Shown in pieces: positions 20,146 to 32,177 of a stretch of 64,000 nucleotides of DNA. The notes below the pieces were generated by a model that was not told where the DNA came from, did no database searches, and saw nothing but the letters and a program-made list of their open reading frames with translations. How positions within the stretch are numbered: the first letter of the stretch is position 1; each line of letters starts with the position of its first letter. Position numbers and translations under genes: made by a program. Source of the DNA: Calditrichia bacterium (lineage in GTDB: Bacteria; Calditrichota; Calditrichia; RBG-13-44-9; J075); assembly GCA_050633245.1 (NCBI GenBank), contig JBOEGD010000002.1, positions 23,006 to 87,005 of the forward strand. Direction: 5' to 3'.

Positions 20146-21123
20146 TTACATTTTTTGATCAAACCACCTACTCGCCTCCACAACGGATTCATTCACCCGC
20201 CCTTCCTGATCATAGTAGCTAAACTGGTCGAAAGGCGAATCCAGATCTGTATCCATCCAGTGTAGCTTTTTATCATTAGTAGCAATATTTGCAAAATAGC
20301 TTTTTGTATATTCCGGGAGCACTGCCCCATTTGAATGAATCATCAGCGTTGGTGTTGTCAGATTCTGCGCACTCGGCATTGGGTCAGTAGTTAGCCAGGC
20401 TTCCCAACTCATAACGGCAAACTTTTCAGCACTCCACTCCGGAATCGCTCCACGCTGTGGGTTTAAATAGTAATCGTAAGGTCCATACATTGCTGCCGAT
20501 TTATCGGTTGTAGAAATAGAGGGAATATATTCTACAACACCTGTTTGCTCATACTTTTCCATGGCGGTACGTGCTGCAGTAATCTTCGACTGTACACCAT
20601 CCTCACCGCCATAAAAGAGCTTTACAGCCTCAGCATCATGCAGCCACGAGGCAGCCGTGGCAACGGACTTAATCCTGTTATCCTCCGATGCAGCCAAGAG
20701 TGTGTACATGGCACCTGCACATACCCCAAAAGCTCCAATCCGTTCGGTGTCAACTTCCTGCAGTCTCTCCAGAAAGGAAACAGCATTCTTTATGTCTACC
20801 GTTTTCAACTGTGGGCTTTCGTAGAAGCGCGGCTCTCCCCCACTCTCACCAAAATTCCTGAAATCAAAAGCCAGAGTAATATATCCTCTTTCAGCAAGCT
20901 TCCCGGCATACAGTCCGGCCATCTGCTCCTTTACTGTAGTCCAGCTACCAGAGACAACCAGAGCTGCAAACTTTTTTCCATCCTGATAATCCGTCGGATA
21001 ATACAGATTACCATGTAGTTTCACTCCCTCGCTTTCAAATGATACCTTTTTCATTTTCACCTCTGCCTTTATATTCATAATACTGATGATAATCAAACTG
21101 CTTATAAGCCATACTAATTTCAT
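20146..21123 (-). CDS. alpha/beta hydrolase (S15/dienelactone hydrolase-like, Cys nucleophile)
   Basis: VKEQ, FDFRNFGESGG, GVCAG elbow. Confidence 0.85.
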   Translation of the reverse strand: MKLVWLISSLIIISIMNIKAEVKMKKVSFESEGVKLHGNLYYPTDYQDGKKFAALVVSGSWTTVKEQMAGLYAGKLAERGYITLAFDFRNFGESGGEPRFYESPQLKTVDIKNAVSFLERLQEVDTERIGAFGVCAGAMYTLLAASEDNRIKSVATAASWLHDAEAVKLFYGGEDGVQSKITAARTAMEKYEQTGVVEYIPSISTTDKSAAMYGPYDYYLNPQRGAIPEWSAEKFAVMSWEAWLTTDPMPSAQNLTTPTLMIHSNGAVLPEYTKSYFANIATNDKKLHWMDTDLDSPFDQFSYYDQEGRVNESVVEASRWFDQKM

Positions 21124-21133
21124 GGCATTCTCC

Positions 21134-21646
21134 TTAATTTATTTGATCTAATAAACCGAATCCTCTGGCTGCTGTAAGCGGGTTAAAATACTCGTAGTAT
21201 TCCATAATCTTACCATCGCTATCGAAATAAAAAATGCATAGATACTCATTTTCATAGATAGCGGCATTTCCTTTTAGCTTAATCTTTCCGGTGAGTTTTG
21301 CAGCGATCTTATCCGGATCCTGAAAGGGAAGAATTTCTTCAATTGGAAACTGCATGCCGTCAAAATTGTCCGGCACATTTTTCCAGAACGCATAAAGACT
21401 ATCTCTGCTGACAATTTCAGCCGGAAATAAACCCGAGTGATATGGATTAACCTGTTTCCCGTTCTCAGCAAACAAGTCGATGAAATCTCTTATTTTTTCT
21501 TCTTCGAGAAGTTTAAAAAACTTACTTACTGTTTCGATGTTAGCATCTCTGGATATTTGATCTTCCTCCAGCTTCTTTAAGTCAGGAGAGGTACAGGCAG
21601 TCCAGAGTATGAGGCAGACCAGGATTGCAAAAGTGAAGATCCTCAT
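21134..21646 (-). CDS. NTF2/SnoaL-like (PhzA/B-like) lipoprotein
   Basis: lipobox WTAC; YENEY...GKIxxYxEYFNP. Confidence 0.8.
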   Translation of the reverse strand: MRIFTFAILVCLILWTACTSPDLKKLEEDQISRDANIETVSKFFKLLEEEKIRDFIDLFAENGKQVNPYHSGLFPAEIVSRDSLYAFWKNVPDNFDGMQFPIEEILPFQDPDKIAAKLTGKIKLKGNAAIYENEYLCIFYFDSDGKIMEYYEYFNPLTAARGFGLLDQIN

Positions 21647-22194
21647 TTCTCCTCCTTATGCTCATTTTCAATAATCTTCGGTAAGTCGACATTACCATCC
21701 TGATATTTAAAATAGAACGTCATTGACTTTACTTGCCATGTCTCATTGTTTTTTTCCAATTCGAAATCATAACTTCCCACTACAACCCATACATTTCGCC
21801 CGGAGTTATTTGGAAAAAAGTGGCTGGCGGTTCCGTAGCAGAAAACGTGAGCTGTAAGACCATCTATCTGAACCTGAAAATTCCCAACCTGATGATGCGT
21901 TGCTCTGAAGCCAGGTAGAAAGCCACTCCAGGCACCTACAATTTGTTCTGATGTTAATTCACTGGCTTTCTGACCGGAAAATGACGAATAGTCAAGTAAA
22001 ACAGTCTCTGCAAAAATAGCCCTTAGCTTATCCCACTGATCTTGATCCGTATAAACAAACAGATTCGTAATCTGATCCTGCACGGAGTTGCGATCCTGAA
22101 TATCACTTGCCATATTTTGCGCTCCAATTTTGTTGGGTGAAAGCAGCAGGATTACGATCAAGCCTGCCCATAGTAACTGATGAGAATAGACCAT
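21643..22194 (-). CDS. NTF2/SnoaL_4-like protein
   Basis: DxxxWDxL, LDYSS, THHQVGN, GSYxFEL pattern. Confidence 0.82.
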   Translation of the reverse strand: MVYSHQLLWAGLIVILLLSPNKIGAQNMASDIQDRNSVQDQITNLFVYTDQDQWDKLRAIFAETVLLDYSSFSGQKASELTSEQIVGAWSGFLPGFRATHHQVGNFQVQIDGLTAHVFCYGTASHFFPNNSGRNVWVVVGSYDFELEKNNETWQVKSMTFYFKYQDGNVDLPKIIENEHKEEK

Positions 22195-22314
22195 TTTATC
22201 TTCTCCTTTAGTTAGATTTACAACAACAGTTTAGCGCATAGACCTGCGACTTTCTTGCATATTGTTGCGGGAAGTTTTGTGAGATATTGCTAAATGGAGA
22301 AATGAGAGATGAGG

Positions 22315-23214
22315 TTATAGACCTTTGCGGTACTGACCGGGGGTAATTCCAAAATGACTTTTGAAAACGTTTGTAAAGTAACTCTGATCATTAAATCCCA
22401 AATCAAAAGTGACGCTCGCTATAGTATTAGATGGCTCGGAAAGCAACTCTCTAGCACGGCGCATTTTCTTTTCAAGAATATACTGTAGCGGCGTATGGCC
22501 ACTAAACTTTTTGAATTCACGCAGAAAATAATACTTACTGTAATTGAGTATCTCGGCAAGTTTCTCTATTGGTATGGGCTGGTCCAGATTCCCTTCAATA
22601 AATCGATCAAGTTTATCAAATTCCGCCTGACTGATCTTTGACGTATTCAGTGAGGCGTTTTTCAGGTTTTCAGCATTTGAGTAATTATTGATATAATAGT
22701 TTGAAAGAAGCGACATCAGATTCTGGTGATGATGAATTCCACCTTTACCATCAGATTCTACCTCATAATAAAAGAGTTCGATCATATTTTTTAATCCTGC
22801 ATCTCGCACATTATAATTGTTCAAAAACTTAAGATCGTTTTTCTTAGCAATTATATTTGCAGATTCCAACAACACATCTTCTTCTACTGCCAGAATAATA
22901 AAAAAACAGGGTTCGGAAATATCGTGTGTAAATGGTTGCCGGGGTGGATTTATCCAGATATCACCGGGAACGGTTTTGAGAGGCTGCATCCTGCCACCCA
23001 TCGAAGCATTCCACTCCAAGTCCGCCTCAAGGGCCAGCGCAAAATAAAAGTATGGTGTATACACGTTTTGCGGGAAGAAATGCGGAGACTCGCCCTTTTC
23101 CAAAATTATCCCCTGCCATCCCAATTTTTTACTGGATGTTTCAATTACCAGCACGTTACCACAATCGGATTCAGCATTCGTCTTAAAATCAAAAAATTTC
23201 AGATTGGAATTCAT
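22315..23214 (-). CDS. AraC family transcriptional regulator
   Basis: C-terminal double HTH, GFNDQSYFTNVFKSHFGITP; ATGA overlap with upstream gene. Confidence 0.92.
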   Translation of the reverse strand: MNSNLKFFDFKTNAESDCGNVLVIETSSKKLGWQGIILEKGESPHFFPQNVYTPYFYFALALEADLEWNASMGGRMQPLKTVPGDIWINPPRQPFTHDISEPCFFIILAVEEDVLLESANIIAKKNDLKFLNNYNVRDAGLKNMIELFYYEVESDGKGGIHHHQNLMSLLSNYYINNYSNAENLKNASLNTSKISQAEFDKLDRFIEGNLDQPIPIEKLAEILNYSKYYFLREFKKFSGHTPLQYILEKKMRRARELLSEPSNTIASVTFDLGFNDQSYFTNVFKSHFGITPGQYRKGL

Positions 23215-23654
23215 TCGTGCGTCACGCCCCAGCCCCAGCAAATGCTGGTAATTAGCCAACCTTCGGCAGATTTATGAAGGGTCATTAGCTTGTATTCCGC
23301 TTCTTCACGCCGCTGATTCTCCAGGCGTAGTCTTGCCAAAGCAACATTTTCATAGATTTCGATGCTCAACAGCTCTTCCACATACATGGTGTCGCCCTTG
23401 CTCTCTACCAGTCTAAACTGACTTTCCTTGTAAACGCCAGCCTTATCTACATAACGATAAGCGCCTTCCGGATGTAGTGACTTCTTTTTGTATTCAAGGC
23501 TACCGGTATGATCGCCTATGTAGAAGTTCTCGATCGTTTTGAGAATGGCTTGCCTATCGGAAGATGCCTCTTCTCCCGGCTGGGATTGCAGCATCATACT
23601 TAAGCTCAGCAGAATAGAAATGATGAGCAATATATATCGCCCAGAATACTTCAT
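23211..23654 (-). CDS. exported NTF2-like (lumazine-binding_2-like) protein
   Basis: signal peptide; AIxxTIENFYxG...LHKxxEGWLI pattern. Confidence 0.7.
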   Translation of the reverse strand: MKYSGRYILLIISILLSLSMMLQSQPGEEASSDRQAILKTIENFYIGDHTGSLEYKKKSLHPEGAYRYVDKAGVYKESQFRLVESKGDTMYVEELLSIEIYENVALARLRLENQRREEAEYKLMTLHKSAEGWLITSICWGWGVTHE

Positions 23655-23810
23655 GAGAAACCTCGCAATGTTGGGGTAGGATTACATGATTGCTGTTTTA
23701 AGTAAAGAAACGCAATATTTCTCTACTTGTTTCAAGCTCAAATCTGCTTCTGGTCAATCAACAGTAGTTTCCCAACTGCCGATTCCCGATTCCTGATTCT
23801 CGGAGTTCTA

Positions 23811-25028
23811 CTACAGCTGCAGCGCGTTCACAAATGCCGTCAGGAACTGATTGGCTTGAAACCCATCCAGAGCGCGGTGGTCAATTGTTAACGTCACATA
23901 ACACATCGGCTTGATTTCGCTAACATCCTTACCATTCTTTTCAACTACAACTACCCGTTTTTCCATCTTACCAATGCCAAGAATTGCCGATTGCGGCTGA
24001 TTGATAATTGGTGTGGCAATTAAACTACCGGAAGTACCGTGATTGGTAATGGTGAACGTTCCTTTTTGCACATCTTCTTTCTTCATCTTTCCTTCACGGG
24101 CACGAGTCGTAAGCGCCTGCAGTTGTCTCGCTGTTTCGAAGAGATCCAGCTTTTGCGCGTTATGTAGCACCGGTACAACCAGCCCGGCATCGGTTGCTGC
24201 GGCAATACCGATATTGCAGCTCTCGTAGATTTCCAATGCGTCTTCATGCCAGCGGCTATTGGTCTCAGGAACAGCCTGCATGGCCTTCACAGCAGCCTGA
24301 ACGAAGTAAGCGGTAAAAGTTAGTTTAACGTCTTTTTTAGCAAAGTCTGGTTTGCGCTTTTTACGATCTGCCAGCATGCTTGTCATATCAAGGTCAAATA
24401 TGGCGGTAACATGAGGTGCGGTTTGCAGCAGGCTGTCTACCATATGACGTGCCGTCATCAAGCGCGTTGCGCTATGCTTTACCATCTTGCCGGGAATACC
24501 GCTCTTTGGCTTTGCGGCAGCTTTATTGGCAGGGGCCTTCTTCCTTCCCGAATTGCCGTCAGCCAACCATTCTTCAACATCAGCAGCAGTAATTCGTCCG
24601 CCTCTGCCAGTTCCCTTAAGCGCTTTTGGATCAATATCATGCGTTTCTAAAAGTAGGCGAACACGAGGCGTCAACTTTAACGTTGCATCAATACCGGCAA
24701 CCGGCTTTTTACGCCTCGAAGCACGTTTTTCAATCTTTTGGGATTTTTTATCAGCGACGTTTTCCGCAGGAGCAGATTGTGTTGCGCCAATCTCAATTCG
24801 TCCAATAACCGCATCGGTCGTGATCTCTTCACCACCCTGAACCAGAATTTCTCGCAATACACCGGCCTCCGGTGCCGCCACTTCCATCGAAACTTTATCG
24901 GTACTAATCTCTACCAGTGGCTCATGTGCCTCTACGCGATCGCCTATCTGTTTCATCCAGTTTTCGAGTATTGACTGCGTACCTTCCTGATCAGATTCCG
25001 GAAGCTTGATGTCTATTAATTTTGCCAT
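23811..25028 (-). CDS. 2-oxoacid dehydrogenase E2 (dihydrolipoamide acyltransferase)
   Basis: lipoyl TDKV, E3-binding GTGRGGRIT, catalytic DHRALDG. Confidence 0.95.
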   Translation of the reverse strand: MAKLIDIKLPESDQEGTQSILENWMKQIGDRVEAHEPLVEISTDKVSMEVAAPEAGVLREILVQGGEEITTDAVIGRIEIGATQSAPAENVADKKSQKIEKRASRRKKPVAGIDATLKLTPRVRLLLETHDIDPKALKGTGRGGRITAADVEEWLADGNSGRKKAPANKAAAKPKSGIPGKMVKHSATRLMTARHMVDSLLQTAPHVTAIFDLDMTSMLADRKKRKPDFAKKDVKLTFTAYFVQAAVKAMQAVPETNSRWHEDALEIYESCNIGIAAATDAGLVVPVLHNAQKLDLFETARQLQALTTRAREGKMKKEDVQKGTFTITNHGTSGSLIATPIINQPQSAILGIGKMEKRVVVVEKNGKDVSEIKPMCYVTLTIDHRALDGFQANQFLTAFVNALQL

Positions 25029-25073
25029 GTTTTCCTACGAAGTTCTGAGTTCTGTATTCTGAGTTCCAGGTGA

Positions 25074-25134
25074 TTACTGCCTTACCGCCTTACTGCCTTA
25101 CTGCCTTACTGCCTTACTGCCTTACTGCCTTACT
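25074..25134. repeat. octamer tandem repeat (TTACTGCC)x7 + partial
   Basis: read directly; one unit is TTACCGCC. Confidence 0.95.
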
Positions 25135-25253
25135 CGGACTATTTCTCACCATTTTCTACCGCTCACTGCCACAGGACAGGCAAAGAATGTAGGATTTGCC
25201 CTTCTTCTGCAGTCTTTTGCCTTGCATCTCTTGTCTGACACCTGACACCTGTA

Positions 25254-27320
25254 TTAACCGTCCACCATCTCCACAATCTTTTCCGAAATCGTTTCTACAT
25301 TGGGAAGCACGGCTTCCATCAAATGCACATTATGCGGAATTGGCACGTCCAGTGGTGCCATGCGCTCAACCGCGGCATCGAGATCATAAAACGCATCGCG
25401 GGCAACAACGGCAGCGATCTCTGCACCAAATCCGGCGGTCATATTATCTTCATGAACGATCAGACAACGGCGGGTGCGCTTAACAGATTCTAACACCGAC
25501 TCTTTATCCCAGGGCGATAGCGTGCGCAGATCGAGAATTTCACAGGAAATGTCGCTTTCCCTGGCAGCATCAATACATCGCTCCAGCATTGCTCCCCATG
25601 AAACGATTGTTAGATCGTTGCCTTCCTGAATAGTTGCCGCTTTGCCTAACGGCACTACATAGTCATCGCCGGGATAAGGTCGTCTGGACCAAACACCGTC
25701 CAGTAAAGCACGATGCTCAAAGAAAATGGTTGGGTTATCGCTGCGCAATGCGCTGCGAAGTAGTCCGGCTGCATCTTCAGCGTTCGATGGAAAAACTACT
25801 TGCCAGCCAATGCCATGCGCCCACATTACTTCATTGCACTCACTATGCCAGGGATCTCCACATTTATTGGCAAATCCGCCGGGCATGCGCACTAAAATGG
25901 GTGCCGAAAACCGGTTATTGGTGCGCCAGCGAACGGTCCCACAGTTGTCGAGCTGTTCGGTTGCCGGATCAGCGTATTTACGGAACTGAATTTCAGCTAC
26001 GGGCATAAGTCCGGCAAGTGCCATTCCGACGGCACGCCCAATAATGCCTTCTTCCGACAGGCTTGTATCAAAAACACGCTCAACGCCATACTTTTCCTGT
26101 AATCCCAATGTTGCAGCATGCACGCCACCCTTTGGGCCCACATCTTCACCAAAGACCAAAATGCGATCATTTCTTTCCATCTCTGCATCAATGGTTCTGC
26201 GAATACTGGTCAACATATTTATCCGCGCTGGTTCGGGGGAAGCCGTTTCGACGCCCCTAGGTGGCACAATCCCCTCCGAGGCGAGCCCACCGACGATTGA
26301 GGCATCGGCAACGCCAGAGGCACTATATTCTGCAAATAGATGCTTGCGTATGCCACTGACCTCCGGGTCTGGGCGATTGCTCGCTGCTTTAACGGCTGCG
26401 CGAACCTCACGCTCTGTTTCTGCATGAAGCGCTTTCCACTCCTTTTCCGACATAATATCGGGAATTACGAACTTCTTTAATTTCTTCAAGGGATCATTTG
26501 CAATCTCGGCACTAATGCGACGTTCAGTCTTATACGCCTGCGTATCCTGCCCGGAATGCCCGGAAAGACGCGGCAGTGTTAAGCGAAGCAGCACCGGTCC
26601 CTTCCCACTGCGAACATTTGTTACTGCCTGGTGAATTTTCGAGGCCGCTTCTGTAGGATGAGTTCCATCACCGCTAATAATTTCAAGATTTCCAAAGGAG
26701 GCAAGGTTTCTGGCGATATTTCCGTTTGGCGTCTGTTTATCGGAGGGAACTGATATCGCATAGCCATTGTCTTCGATGTAAAATAATACCGGTAGCTTTA
26801 ATGTGGTGGCAATAGTCAGTGAGGCCCAAAACCCACTGGTAGCAACAGATCCTTCTCCTCCCAACATCACGCCGATTGCTCCATCATAAGCAGCTTGTTT
26901 CAGCACCTGACTGCGATAAAGAATGGCCTGCGTCCAACCAATTACCGGCGTGTATTGTGAACCAACATCACCAGCCATCGGCAATACAGAAGCCTTTCCC
27001 TGGGAAGGCAGATTACAAACCACACCGATATCGCGACCGTCAGAGTAACTACCGGATTTAGCCATCGGCGCGGAAACAGCATCTTCCAAATTTAAGCCCA
27101 GGCTCAGCAACAATGGACGGGATCGATAATACGCACCGGCACAATCCTTGGGATGATCCAATAGCGTTCCCAGTAAAATTTGACACATATCGTGCCCACG
27201 AGCGGAGAATTGATAGAGAACCTTTTTTTGCGGGACCAGCTCATCTTCTTCTATGTCGTCCAGATGGCGTGAAATAAAAATCTGGCGAGTAATTGCTTTC
27301 CAATCAAAATCGGCTTGCAT
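25254..27320 (-). CDS. 2-oxoacid (branched-chain-like) dehydrogenase E1, fused alpha/beta
   Basis: GEG...DN TPP motif, GEDVG, DTSLSE, EIQF, transketolase C-terminal domain. Confidence 0.93.
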   Translation of the reverse strand: MQADFDWKAITRQIFISRHLDDIEEDELVPQKKVLYQFSARGHDMCQILLGTLLDHPKDCAGAYYRSRPLLLSLGLNLEDAVSAPMAKSGSYSDGRDIGVVCNLPSQGKASVLPMAGDVGSQYTPVIGWTQAILYRSQVLKQAAYDGAIGVMLGGEGSVATSGFWASLTIATTLKLPVLFYIEDNGYAISVPSDKQTPNGNIARNLASFGNLEIISGDGTHPTEAASKIHQAVTNVRSGKGPVLLRLTLPRLSGHSGQDTQAYKTERRISAEIANDPLKKLKKFVIPDIMSEKEWKALHAETEREVRAAVKAASNRPDPEVSGIRKHLFAEYSASGVADASIVGGLASEGIVPPRGVETASPEPARINMLTSIRRTIDAEMERNDRILVFGEDVGPKGGVHAATLGLQEKYGVERVFDTSLSEEGIIGRAVGMALAGLMPVAEIQFRKYADPATEQLDNCGTVRWRTNNRFSAPILVRMPGGFANKCGDPWHSECNEVMWAHGIGWQVVFPSNAEDAAGLLRSALRSDNPTIFFEHRALLDGVWSRRPYPGDDYVVPLGKAATIQEGNDLTIVSWGAMLERCIDAARESDISCEILDLRTLSPWDKESVLESVKRTRRCLIVHEDNMTAGFGAEIAAVVARDAFYDLDAAVERMAPLDVPIPHNVHLMEAVLPNVETISEKIVEMVDG

Positions 27321-27521
27321 GTAGATCCTTCCGGCAATGTTATAATTCTATGGTCGGAACGTATGTCTATTTATAAAAGCCCGCTTGTGAAAGTTATTCT
27401 TACATGCGGGGTTAATAAACATTCCCCAAGCGTGTCAGGCAATCGGGCAAAAGCGGGCAGGTTAATTTAGAAGGCAAAGGCTAACGGAGCAAGTGCGATA
27501 AACTTTTCCTGGGTATTGATT

Positions 27522-27944
27522 CTATTTTCCGTTGAGAGTTACAACCAACTGGCGTCCGGAAGCGTGATCACGATGCTCACACAGATAGATGCCCTGCCAG
27601 GTTCCCAGCTTGAGTTCTCCATTATGAATGGGCAACATCAGGCTACTTCCCAGAAGTGAGGCTTTAATGTGCGCCGGCATATCATCCGGGCCTTCCTGAG
27701 TATGCTGATAATAGGGTGCATTTTCCGGCACCATCTTATTGAAATGGGCTTCCATATCCGCGCGTACATCGGGTGACACATTCTCATTCAGTGAAAGAGA
27801 TGCTGATGTATGCAGAATAAAGATATGTGCCATACCGATAGAGAATTCTCGAATCTCAGGCAACTCGCGCTGAATAATTCCTGTAATTACGTGGAAACCT
27901 CGCGGATACGGTGCAAGTCGGATTGTCTTTTGAAACCAGTTCAT
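27522..27944 (-). CDS. yjbQ: YjbQ/UPF0047 protein
   Basis: HTSASLSLNE, DMPAHIK, LGTWQGIYLCE. Confidence 0.92.
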   Translation of the reverse strand: MNWFQKTIRLAPYPRGFHVITGIIQRELPEIREFSIGMAHIFILHTSASLSLNENVSPDVRADMEAHFNKMVPENAPYYQHTQEGPDDMPAHIKASLLGSSLMLPIHNGELKLGTWQGIYLCEHRDHASGRQLVVTLNGK

Positions 27945-27960
27945 GCCTTCCTCTTTTATT

Positions 27961-28587
27961 TCAACTATCGGAACCAGGCTGAGCAATTACTTCATGGAAC
28001 ATGCCAAATGCATGTCTTCGCGCACTAAGAATCTTAAAGCCTGCGGCCTTCATCAGCTCTTGCGGTTCGCGCGTCCAGTTACAGCCAAGGTGCTTAGCCT
28101 GAGCATCGGCACGCCAGCGCTGATAGCGCGCCAGCCAGTTGCGATCACTTAATCCATGCTCTATCAACAGAATTTGTCCGTTGGGCTTGCACACACGAGC
28201 CATTTCGCTAAGTGCTTTCAGCGGATTGGGGTAGGTGCAGAGACAAAGAGATTCACTAATCGTATCAAATGAATTATCCGGGAATTCCAGTTCCTGCACA
28301 TTAGCAATTTTAAAGGTGGCCTTTAGTGAAAGAGAATCAGCATGTTTTTTGGCGATCGCCAGCATATTCTCACTCAAGTCGACAGCAGTCAAATGAATAT
28401 CGGCTGGATAGTGCCGCAAATTAAATCCGGTTCCGACACCGGTTTCCAGCACCTCTCCCCTGGCATGTGCCAGTAGACGCATTCTTATTCTGCCCAGCCC
28501 AAGCCAATCAGGAATTCTCTCGGTTAGATTATATTGCCGAGCACCTTCATCATATTTTTTTTGAATATCAGATAGAGAGAAGTCCAT
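27961..28587 (-). CDS. class I SAM-dependent methyltransferase
   Basis: VLETGVGTG, VDLS, FDTI motifs. Confidence 0.9.
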   Translation of the reverse strand: MDFSLSDIQKKYDEGARQYNLTERIPDWLGLGRIRMRLLAHARGEVLETGVGTGFNLRHYPADIHLTAVDLSENMLAIAKKHADSLSLKATFKIANVQELEFPDNSFDTISESLCLCTYPNPLKALSEMARVCKPNGQILLIEHGLSDRNWLARYQRWRADAQAKHLGCNWTREPQELMKAAGFKILSARRHAFGMFHEVIAQPGSDS

Positions 28588-28603
28588 AATCTACCAGTAA
28601 TGT

Positions 28604-28657
28604 CGTTTATATTGTAGCAGAGACGGAGAATTCTGCGTCTCTGCTACAATATAAACG
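28604..28657. repeat. 22-bp-arm palindrome (REP-like, GAGACG...CGTCTC core)
   Basis: CGTTTATATTGTAGCAGAGACG-N10-CGTCTCTGCTACAATATAAACG; related core at about 28708-28730. Confidence 0.7.
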
Positions 28658-28686
28658 GAAAAAGCCCCCCGAAGGGAGCTTTTTCA
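28658..28686 (-). terminator. intrinsic terminator of groESL
   Basis: GAAAAAGCCCCCCGAAGGGAGCTTTTTC hairpin with T-tracts. Confidence 0.8.
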
Positions 28687-28738
28687 CAAACAACATTTGC
28701 AACAGTAAGAGATGCACAATTCTGCATCTCGGCAACGA

Positions 28739-30397
<1,659 letters not shown>

Positions 30398-30410
30398 TTA
30401 TATTTTTTTA

Positions 30411-30698
30411 TTAACCAACAATCGCAAGAATGTCTGATTCGCGCATGATGAGGTAATCTGTCCCATCAAGCTTAATTTCGGTGCCGGAATATTTTCCGTA
30501 GAGCACAACATCTTTTTCTTTTACTTCCATCTTGATAGTCTTACCGCTATCGTCGATTTTACCAGCGCCAACAGCGATGATAGAACCACGCATCGGCTTC
30601 TCTTTTGCCGTGTCAGGAAGGATAATTCCACCCGGGCTTGTGTCTTCACTTTCGAGCGGCTTTACAAGAACGCGATCTCCTAAGGGTCGGATTTTCAT
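30411..30698 (-). CDS. groES: co-chaperonin GroES
   Basis: [21 protein letters not shown]. Confidence 0.99.
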   Translation of the reverse strand: MKIRPLGDRVLVKPLESEDTSPGGIILPDTAKEKPMRGSIIAVGAGKIDDSGKTIKMEVKEKDVVLYGKYSGTEIKLDGTDYLIMRESDILAIVG

Positions 30699-30746
30699 GC
30701 GTTTCTCCTTTTAAATTATTGTTTTTAATGACTTTGAGTTTTTATT

Positions 30747-30773
30747 TTAGCAGTCTTTTCCCTCGACCGCCAA
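30747..30773. promoter_or_regulatory. CIRCE-like element (HrcA operator) upstream of groES
   Basis: TTAGCAGTC-N9-GACCGCCAA versus consensus TTAGCACTC-N9-GAGTGCTAA. Confidence 0.75.
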
Positions 30774-30951
30774 AAATATATAAGAGTCTGGAGGTGAAGT
30801 CAAATAAAAATTCATTTTTTCCAGTTATTTGATAGTCAGGAGTAAACTCTGTGTATTCCGGCACTTTGGAATGGCATTGATGTTTGCAAAGCGCGGCAAA
30901 CTTACCTATCTTTTGCTGCAAAATATGGTAACCGAAAAGCCAGGAGGATAT

Positions 30952-32016
30952 ATGAAGGCCCTTATAACAAGTGGTGGACGCGGGACGCGTTTACGGCCTA
31001 TTACGCATACCCAGAACAAACACCTTATTCCGATCGCAAACAAGCCTATTCTCCATTACGCTATCGAAGCGGTTGTCGAAGCCGGCATTAAGGAAATAGG
31101 TATTCTGGTAAATGCGGATAGCGATGAAGTACCAGATGCTATTGGCAACGGAGATAAATGGGGCGTAAAAATCACCCATATCCCCCAGGAAGCACCATTG
31201 GGACTCGCACATGTTGTTAAAATCTCGGAATCCTTTATTGGGACGGATCCATTTGTTTTTTATCTTGGTGATAATATGGTTGTCGGTGGCGTTAAACGCT
31301 TTGTGGATGCCTTCGAGAAAAATGGCAGTAATTGCCACCTGACCCTGGCGGAGGTAAAAGACCCCTCGCGCTTTGGTGTCCCGGAACTCGACGGTGACAG
31401 AATTATTGGCATTGAAGAAAAGCCGGAACAGCCTAAAAGCAATTATGCCGTAGCCGGCATTTACGTATACGACAGCACAATATTTGAAGCCGTCAATAAT
31501 ATTAAGCCAAGTGCGAGAGGTGAACTGGAAATATCCGACGCACATCAATATCTACTCGACAAAGGCTATGACATTTCCTATTCTGAAATTACAGGCTGGT
31601 GGAAAGACACCGGGAAACCGTATGATCTTCTTGAAGCCAATCGCCTGATTTTAGAAAATCTCCCGGCCAAAATAGAAGGCACAGTTGACGATGAATCTCA
31701 TCTTGCCGGAAAAGTAATTATCGAAAAAGGCGCAACGGTCGTTAATAGTAATATTCGCGGGCCGGTTATAATCGGCAAAGACTGTCATATCGAGAACAGC
31801 TATGTTGGCCCGTTTACATCTGTTTATCACAATACAAGAATTCAAAATAGTGAGCTGGAATTCAGCATATTAATGGATAATTGTCGTATTATGGACGTAG
31901 GTGTACGCATCGAAGGAAGTATCTTGGGAAGTGATGTAGATGTCACTCGCGCCAAGCCGAAGCCACAAACTCACCGACTAATTCTGGGTGCGCAAAGCTA
32001 TGTAGAAATTGTCTGA
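30952..32016 (+). CDS. glucose-1-phosphate thymidylyltransferase (long form)
   Basis: GGRGTRLRPIT..KHLIP, EEKP, RGELEI, WKDTG; C-terminal hexapeptide region; AGGAGG RBS. Confidence 0.92.
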   Translation: MKALITSGGRGTRLRPITHTQNKHLIPIANKPILHYAIEAVVEAGIKEIGILVNADSDEVPDAIGNGDKWGVKITHIPQEAPLGLAHVVKISESFIGTDPFVFYLGDNMVVGGVKRFVDAFEKNGSNCHLTLAEVKDPSRFGVPELDGDRIIGIEEKPEQPKSNYAVAGIYVYDSTIFEAVNNIKPSARGELEISDAHQYLLDKGYDISYSEITGWWKDTGKPYDLLEANRLILENLPAKIEGTVDDESHLAGKVIIEKGATVVNSNIRGPVIIGKDCHIENSYVGPFTSVYHNTRIQNSELEFSILMDNCRIMDVGVRIEGSILGSDVDVTRAKPKPQTHRLILGAQSYVEIV

Positions 32017-32177
32017 TAATTACACTGCTACATTGTCGGAATACCCCCGGTGTAGTATATTCCAATATGCGTCTGTCAGACAATATGTTTCTGCGCAATA
32101 AAATGATTTGAAGAGAAGTTGCAAGTACACCTCTTGCAACTCTTATTATGCACCAAACCGGTAATCTCGGAGCACGC

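Noticed and set aside
30872-30888. sigma54-like TGGCATTGATGTTTGCA upstream of the thymidylyltransferase
   Set aside because: GG-to-GC spacing is one base too long for the strict -24/-12 geometry
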